A DNA stretch of 64,000 nt from Scenedesmus sp. PABB004 (taxonomy: Eukaryota). The notes under the pieces were generated by a model. That model did no database searches and was not told the origin of the DNA. It was given only the letters and a program-made list of their open reading frames with translations. The translations under genes and the position numbers were made by a program. The stretch covers positions 248,001 to 312,000 of the forward strand of contig JABVCE010000008.1 in NCBI GenBank assembly GCA_014905635.1, written 5' to 3'. Below, piece by piece: positions 57,936 to 64,000 of this stretch; the stretch's first letter is position 1; every line of letters begins with the position of its first letter.

Positions 57936-60900
57936 ATGGCGCTGCAGCGCGAGCCGTGGCGGCGCGGCGGCGGCGGCGGCGCGTTGGCGCCGCTGCTGCT
58001 GCTCGGCCTGCTGCTGTGCGCCCTCCTCGCGTGCCGGGCGGCCGCGCAGCCTGGGCTCGACGCGCCCGACAGCGCAGCGGGCGTCGGACCGCAGCTGGCG
58101 CACCACCGGCACCGGCGCAGCAGCAGCGCCGCCGGCGCGCCGCCGCCGCCGCCCGTGAGCATCATCGTCACGGGCGAGGTCGGCACCGCCGCGCCGCCGC
58201 CCCCGCCGCCGCCGCCGCCGGGGCCGCCGGGCGCCGGCGGGGACGCCGCCGTGGCCGGCGAGGGCAACGCCACGAGCATCGCCGAGGCGTTTGACAAGGC
58301 GCTGGCCAAGGAGTTTGCCGCCGACACCAAGGAGGCGGAGAGCGAGAAGGGCAAGACCTTCAACGAGACCGTCGCGAACGAGGAGGTGCGGGCGCGGGGC
58401 GCGGGAGGGGAGCAACAAGCAGCAAGCGCTGAAGCGCCGCGCCACCGCAGGGCAAGGTCGAGACGGTCGTGCGCATCAGCGGCAGCACCACCACGGGCGA
58501 GGGCGACGGCGGCGACGGCGCCGGCGGCGCGGGCGGCCCCGGCGCGGGCGGCGCCGGCGCGGCCGGCGGCGCCGAGGCGCTCCCCGAGATTGAGCTCGGC
58601 GTCGACCGCATCATCGACTCCCACGACAACGAGTTTGTGCTCTCCGCGCCCAAGGACAACGTCGCGACGCTCACGCTCGACCCGCTGCTCATACAGGACC
58701 TCACCTTCCTCTTCTTCTCGGCAGCGGTGCGGCGGCGCGGCGCGGCGCGGCGCGCGGCAGCAGGGGTCCTGCAGCCGCGGCGGCGCCGCGCCGCGCCGCG
58801 CGGCCCGGTGCCGGCGGCGCCCGCGCGCCCGCGCGTGCGCGTGCGTGCACCCACACCCACGCGCGCCCGGCCCTGGACCTGCGCGCAGGTGATGGGCATG
58901 GTGTTTGAGAGCATCAAGCAGCCCGTCATCAACGGCTACCTCGTGGCCGGCGCGATCGTCGGCCCGGGCGGCCTGCAACTCATCAAGGAGCTGGTGCAGG
59001 TGCGGCGGCGGGGCGGGGCGCGCTGCGGGCGGCGCGGCGGGCGGCGGACGCGGCGGCGGCGGCGGCGGCGGGTGCAGAGGCGCAGCGGCGCGCGCGCTGG
59101 CCGACGCGCGCGGCCGCCGGCGCAGGTCGAGTCGCTCGCGCAGCTGGGCGTGCAGCTGCTGCTCTTCCAGCTCGGGCGCGAGCTGTCGTTCAAGAAGCTG
59201 CGCAGCGTGTGGACGGTCGCGCTGCTGGGCGGCAGCATCCAGATCGGCGCGCTCATGTGCCTCGGCGGCCTGCTCGCGGCGGCGCTGTCGAGCAACGTGC
59301 CGCAGGGCATCTTCCTCGGCGCGCTGCTGAGCATGAGCAGCACGAGCGTCGTGGTCAAGTGCCTCGAGGCCTACCGCATGACCGGCACCGCGTACGGCCA
59401 GATCACGATCGGCACCCTCATCCTGCAGGCGCGGGCGCGCACGCGGCAACGCGAACGCGCGCGCGGCAGAGCGCGCGCGCGCGCGGCAGCACGCGCGCCG
59501 AGGGGTGCCGGCGCGGCGCTCAGCGCGCCGAGCCCACGCGCCCACACGCGCCTGCTCATCATCCTGCAGGACTGCTCGGTGGGGCTCATGTTTGCGCTCA
59601 TGCCGGCCTTTGGCGCGGCGGCGGCCGGCGGCGGCGGCGGCGAGGCCGCGGCCGGCGCGACGGCGGCGGCGGTCGCCGACGGCACCGCGACCGCGCTCGC
59701 CAACAGCGCGCGCGACGCGGCGCTGCTCGGCGCGTCGCTGCTGCTGGTCAAGGTGGCGGCCAAGCTGGTGCTCGTGCTGGCCGTGGCGATGACGGCGGCG
59801 CGCTCGGTGCTGCCGGCGCTGCTGCGCGTCCTGCTGCGGTGAGGCACCGGCGCGGCGCGCGGCGCGGGGCGGGGGGCGGGGGCGGGGAGCGCCGGCGGCA
59901 GGGGGCCAGCACCCCCGCGCGCGCGGCGGCAGCCATCGCTCACGACCCCCGCGCGCGCATCCGCGCGCACACGCGCGCAGGCACGGCAGCAAGGAGCTGG
60001 TGCAGCTGAGCCTCGTCAGCCTCTGCCTCATCTCGGCGTGGCTGTGCGGGCAGCTGGGGCTGTCGGAGGAGCTCGGCGCCTTCATTGCCGGCGCGATGAT
60101 GAGCGTGGCGGAGCGCAAGCTCGTCGCCGCGGGCCTGCTCCTGCCGAGCCCGCACCACGGCGGCGGGCCCGGCGCGCCCGGCACGCCCGCGCCGGCGTCG
60201 CCCAAGGCCGGCGACGGCCCGCCGCACCACCACCACCTGCGCGCGCACGCCGGCGCGGAGCCGCCGCCCGCGGCGGCGGCGGCGTACGCCGCCGCCGGCG
60301 GCAGCCCCGGCGCGCCGCTGCGCAGCCAGCTGTCGGGCGCGGAGGGGCTGCCGCTGCTGCAGCCGCAGGCGAGCGGGCTGTCGTCGCACGCGTTTGGCGC
60401 GGCCGCGCCGCACCACGTGCCGCCGCCCGGCGCGGGCGGCGGCGCGAGCGACGGCGGCGGCGGCGCCGACCCCGCGGTCAGCGTGTGCGCAAACATTGAG
60501 TCCATCCAAAACGTGCTCGTCGCGCTCTTTGTCGCGAGCATGGGGCTCATCATGAGCCCCGTGTTCCTGCTGCACCACGCGGCCGTGCTGCTCGCGGGCA
60601 CCGCGGTCGTCACGCTCGTCAAGGCCGCGGTCGTGACGCTCGTGGTGCGGCTCTTCGGCGTGCCGCTGCGCCTCGGGCTCGCCGTCGCGCTGAGCATGGC
60701 GCACGTCGGCGAGTTCAGCCTCGTGCTGCTCTCCATGGCCAACCAGCTCAAGCTGCTCTCCGCGCAGGCGCGGCCGCCGCCTGCGCGGCGCGGCGCCGCG
60801 CTCGCGCCGTCCGCGCGCCGCGCGCCCGCAGCCGCGTCGTGCGCCCGCAGCCGCGCCGCCACGCGCGCCGCCGCGCGCGCCCGCGCAGCTGTACATGCTG

Positions 60901-61221
60901 CTGCTGGGCGTGACGACGATGAGCCTGCTGACGACGCCGTTTGTCATCCTCGCCGCGGTGCGCCTGCTCATCCGCGAGGGCCACCACACGCTGTACATCT
61001 CGGGGCCGCGCCTGCGGCTGAGCTCGGTCGCGGGCGACGCCGGCGCGCGCGCCGGCAGCGGCGCGGACTGGGCGGTCGTCATGCTCGACGGCCAGGCGCT
61101 GCTCGGCACCGCGGCGACCGCGTTCACGCGCGCGGGCGGGCGCGACATCCGGCAGAGCCACGCCGCGGGCGGCGAGCGCGCGAAGCGGCAGCCGCGCCCG
61201 CCGCCGCCCGGCGGCGCGTGA
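57936..61221 (+). CDS. K+/H+ antiporter of the CPA2 family, KEA4/5/6-like
   Basis: Signal peptide; SIAEAFDKALAKEF; IDSHDNEFVLS..LDPLLIQDL; QPVINGYLVAGAIVGPGGL; AQLGVQLLLFQLG; LSMSSTSVVVK; GTLILQDCSVG; GLSEELGAFIAG; AHVGEFSLVL. Confidence 0.92.
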
Positions 61222-61957
61222 GGCGTGCCCGCGCGCGCGCGCGCGTTGTACAGAGATCGGTTGGCGGCCTGCAGCAGCAGCACGGCCCGCGTAATTCTTT
61301 CCTTCTTTGCGCGCGGCAGCGCGCGGCGGGCACGGCGCGCGGCCGCCAGCGTGCTCGGCGCCAGCGCCGGAGCCAGCCCGGCCGCGTGGGAGCAGCTCCA
61401 GCCAGGCGCGCCCTCCAGCACTCACACACGCGGCCAAGCTCGGAGCCACGCCAGGTCGCCCGGTCGGGCCCGCAGCTCGCCAGCTCCGCGCGCCGGTGGC
61501 CCGCGCGTGCTGAAGGAGGCGACGGCCGCCCTTTTCCCGATGTGAGCGCCGCACTCGTGTTCGATCGGCCGCTGTGCGGGCGAGGTTTTCGGGGCTTGCA
61601 CCGCCGCCTGCTCATGCTGGCCCGCCGCGCCGCGCCCGCCCTCTTCCCGACCCAGCAGGCACCGCGCGAGCACGCCTGGGCAGCCAGCCAAGGTGCGCGG
61701 GCGGCGCGCGGAGCAGGCGGGCGCGGGCGGCGGCTTGGCGCGCCGTGGGGGCGCGCTCGCGGCGCCCTGCGGGCGGCGGAGGCGCGGGTCGGGCGCTGCG
61801 GTGGCGCGCGCGCCGCCCCGGGGCGTGGGGCGCCGGCCGGGCGCGGGCGGCGGGGGCGCGATGCGCCTCGCTGCTGCTCGCGGCCGGCGTGGCCCGCTCC
61901 GGCGCCCGGCGGCGGCCGGCGGGGCGCCCGCTGACGGGCGGGCCGCCGGACGCGCAG

Positions 61958-62719
61958 ATGGTTAAGAGCAAGGAGCGCCGCTCGAAGGAGGTGGTGACCC
62001 GGGAGTACACCATCAACCTGCACAAGAAGCTGCACTCGCTCAAGTTCAAGAGCCGCGCCCCCCGCGCCATCAAGGAGATCAAGAGCTTCGCCAAGAAGAT
62101 CATGGGCACCAAGGACGTGCGCATCGACGTGGCGCTGAACAAGGCGGTCTGGAGCAAGGGCATCAAGAACGTCCCCAACAAGCTGCGCATCGTCATCAGC
62201 CGCCGCCGCAACGACGACGAGGACGCCAAAGTGCGCCGGCGCTGCGGGGAGCGCGCGGGGGCGAGGCGGGGGCGCAGGGGCGCGCCGGCAGCGGCGCGCG
62301 CGACGAGCAGCAGCGAGCGCGCGCGTGCGCCGAGCAGCGGCGAGCAGCGGCGGGCGCAATTCAGCGGCGGCAGCGGCAGCCAGCGGGCGTGCGCAGCGCC
62401 AACGCACGGCGCCGGCGCAATCCCGCCGGCGGCGTCGGCGCTGGAGGCGGCAGCGGCGGCCCGGCGCGGGCGAGCGCCCGGCGAGCGGCGGCGTGGCCGC
62501 CCGCCGGCGGAGTGGCGGCCGGCGCTGCAGTGCGCAGGCGCACCCAGCCGCCGCGCTGTGCTGACGCCAGCCCTGCAGGGAGGCAGCCATGTGGCCCTCG
62601 CCCGCCGGCAGCGGCAGCGACGGTGCTCGCAGCGCCGCAGCAGCAGCGGCGGCGGCACGGCGCTCGCCGCGGCAGCTGTGCTGCGGGCCCTCGCGTCGAC
62701 GCCAGCGCTGGCATCAGCG

Positions 62720-62782
<63 letters not shown>

Positions 62783-63003
62783 GCTGCGGGCGGCCCCCGT
62801 CGCCGCCGGTGCAGCGGCCAGCGGCCCTCGCGCCCCCCCCCCTTCCCGTCGCCGCGCGGCAGCAGCCGCGCCGGGCTCACGCGCCCGCGTGCCCGTGCGC
62901 CCGCGCGCCCACGCGCCCGCAGGAGGAGATGTACAGCTTTGTGACGACCGCGCAGGACCAGAGCTCGAAGGGCAAGGGCACCACCGTCGTGCAGGACAGC
63001 TGA
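61958..63003 (+). CDS. RPL31: 60S ribosomal protein L31 (eL31); coding exons 61958-62230 and 62923-63003
   Basis: [69 protein letters not shown]. Confidence 0.97.
62715..62781. repeat. (GCA)n microsatellite in the RPL31 intron
   Basis: About 20 GCA units with one interruption. Confidence 0.9.
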
Positions 63004-63587
63004 GCGGCCGGCGCCCCCCCCCCCCCCCTGCAGGACGACGGCGCGCGCCGCCGCCCGAGCGCCGCAGCGGCGGCGCGGCGGCGGCGGCGCGCGCGCGGGG
63101 CGCGGCGGCGGCCGGGGCGGCGCGCTGCGAGGCGCGCGGCGCGCGCCCGCAGCAGACGCGCTGCGCCCGGCGCCGGCGCGCAGCGGCTCTTGGCGTGTTG
63201 TTGGTGTCGGTAACCTCCTTTCCCACGTGTGTGACCGCCGGTCGGGCCCCGAACGCGCTCCTCGACGAGGGCGGGCCGGCGCGTGTTGAACCGCCCGTTC
63301 CGCTGGCCGCTGGCATCGCCGCGGCCCGCGCCCGCTGCCCCGCAGAGCGCCGACCTCCCACACCGCGCGTGGCACGCCGGAGGCGGACGGCGAGGTCGCT
63401 GGGAGAAAACTGCTGCTCTCCGTCTGCAGGCAGCAGCCCGCGGCCGCATTGTCTGCGCACACCACGCGCGGCGGGGCCCCCAATTGGCCGCACCACGCCC
63501 GCAGCGCCCCCCTCAACTAGCGGCGCGCGGGCAGCAGCAGCGGGCGCGCAGCAGCAGCAGCCCGCGCGGGCCCTGGCGGCAGGCGGC

Positions 63588-64000
63588 ATGGCGATGGGCA
63601 CGGGGCACGCCATCGCCCGCGGCGCCGGCCGGCCGGGCCTCCCCGGCGCGCCGCGGCGGGGGCGGCTCGGGATGCTCCTCCGGCCAGCCTGCGGCGCCCC
63701 CTGGCCCGCAGCGGGCGGCCGACCCGCCGGGCGCCGCGCGCGGGTCGCCCTGAGCGCGGAGGGCGGCGGCGGCGGCGAGCCGGAGCGCGGCGGCGCGGCG
63801 GCGGGCGCCACCGCGGCGGCAGCAGCGGCGCCGCTGCCGCCCCGCCGGCGGCGCAGCCGGAGCCCGCCGTGGCGCCGGCGCCGGCGCCGCCCGCGGCGCA
63901 GCAGCACACCAACGGCGGCGGGCTGCAGCTGGAGCGCGAGGCCGCGGCGGCGGCCGCCGAGGCCGCGGGCGCGGCGGGCGGCGCGACCGCGGCGGCGGCG
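63588..64000 (+). CDS. Possible 5' end of a gene with a transit-peptide-like N-terminus, truncated by the window
   Basis: MAMGTGHAIARGAGRPG..RRARVALSAEGGGGGEPE. Coding-like character seems to shift frame near the C run at 63840; no recognisable domain. Confidence 0.35.
   Translation, partial: MAMGTGHAIARGAGRPGLPGAPRRGRLGMLLRPACGAPWPAAGGRPAGRRARVALSAEGGGGGEPERGGAAAGATAAAAAAPLPPRRRRSRSPPWRRRRRRPRRSSTPTAAGCSWSARPRRRPPRPRARRAARPRRR

Noticed and set aside
54077..60862. 2261-aa minus-strand ORF and many other long Arg/Ala/Pro-rich ORFs in the track
   Set aside because: Stop codons are rare at this GC content. This ORF joins real FG-GAP exons, introns and the antisense of the KEA gene.
62561..62625. 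Possible poison exon in the long RPL31 intron (CTGAC..CTGCAG)
   Set aside because: Branch-to-AG spacing is short and the downstream donors are weak; unsupported without RNA data.
63830..63850. Apparent frame change in the last partial gene as programmed frameshifting
   Set aside because: It falls in a C run at the window edge; a sequencing indel or wrong start is more likely.

Overview
Intron-rich, extremely GC-rich eukaryotic nuclear DNA, most likely from a chlorophyte green alga (inferred from short introns, TGTAA poly(A) signals, transit peptides and gene content). Most entries in the ORF track are GC artefacts; the real genes were rebuilt by splicing exons by eye. About 21 protein genes are supported: S8 subtilisin, NAD epimerase, pyruvate:ferredoxin oxidoreductase (PFO), VMA21-like, a protease-dead FtsH-like ATPase, a STAT-like SH2 protein, DHRS7-like SDR, SETD9-like, PLAC8-like, WD40-like, KEA-type K+/H+ antiporter, RPL31 and several secreted Cys-rich or beta-propeller proteins. 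The most notable observations are: (1) a probable bicistronic locus, with the VMA21 stop followed 4 nt later by a 269-codon ORF; (2) a 92-nt intron made almost entirely of head-to-head telomere-type repeats; (3) a recent rearrangement in which a lectin-like gene sits between two ~740-bp copies of the PFO promoter/5' end and shares a ~600-bp promoter and signal-peptide exon with a paralog 13 kb away; (4) a STAT-like protein with an intact SH2 pocket and C-terminal tyrosines; (5) a hidden 89-aa PIGBOS1-like microprotein; (6) frequent GC-AG introns; (7) a perfect 41-bp intergenic hairpin. Family assignments come from motif recognition only; no database search was run. Coordinates of spliced genes run from start to stop codon.
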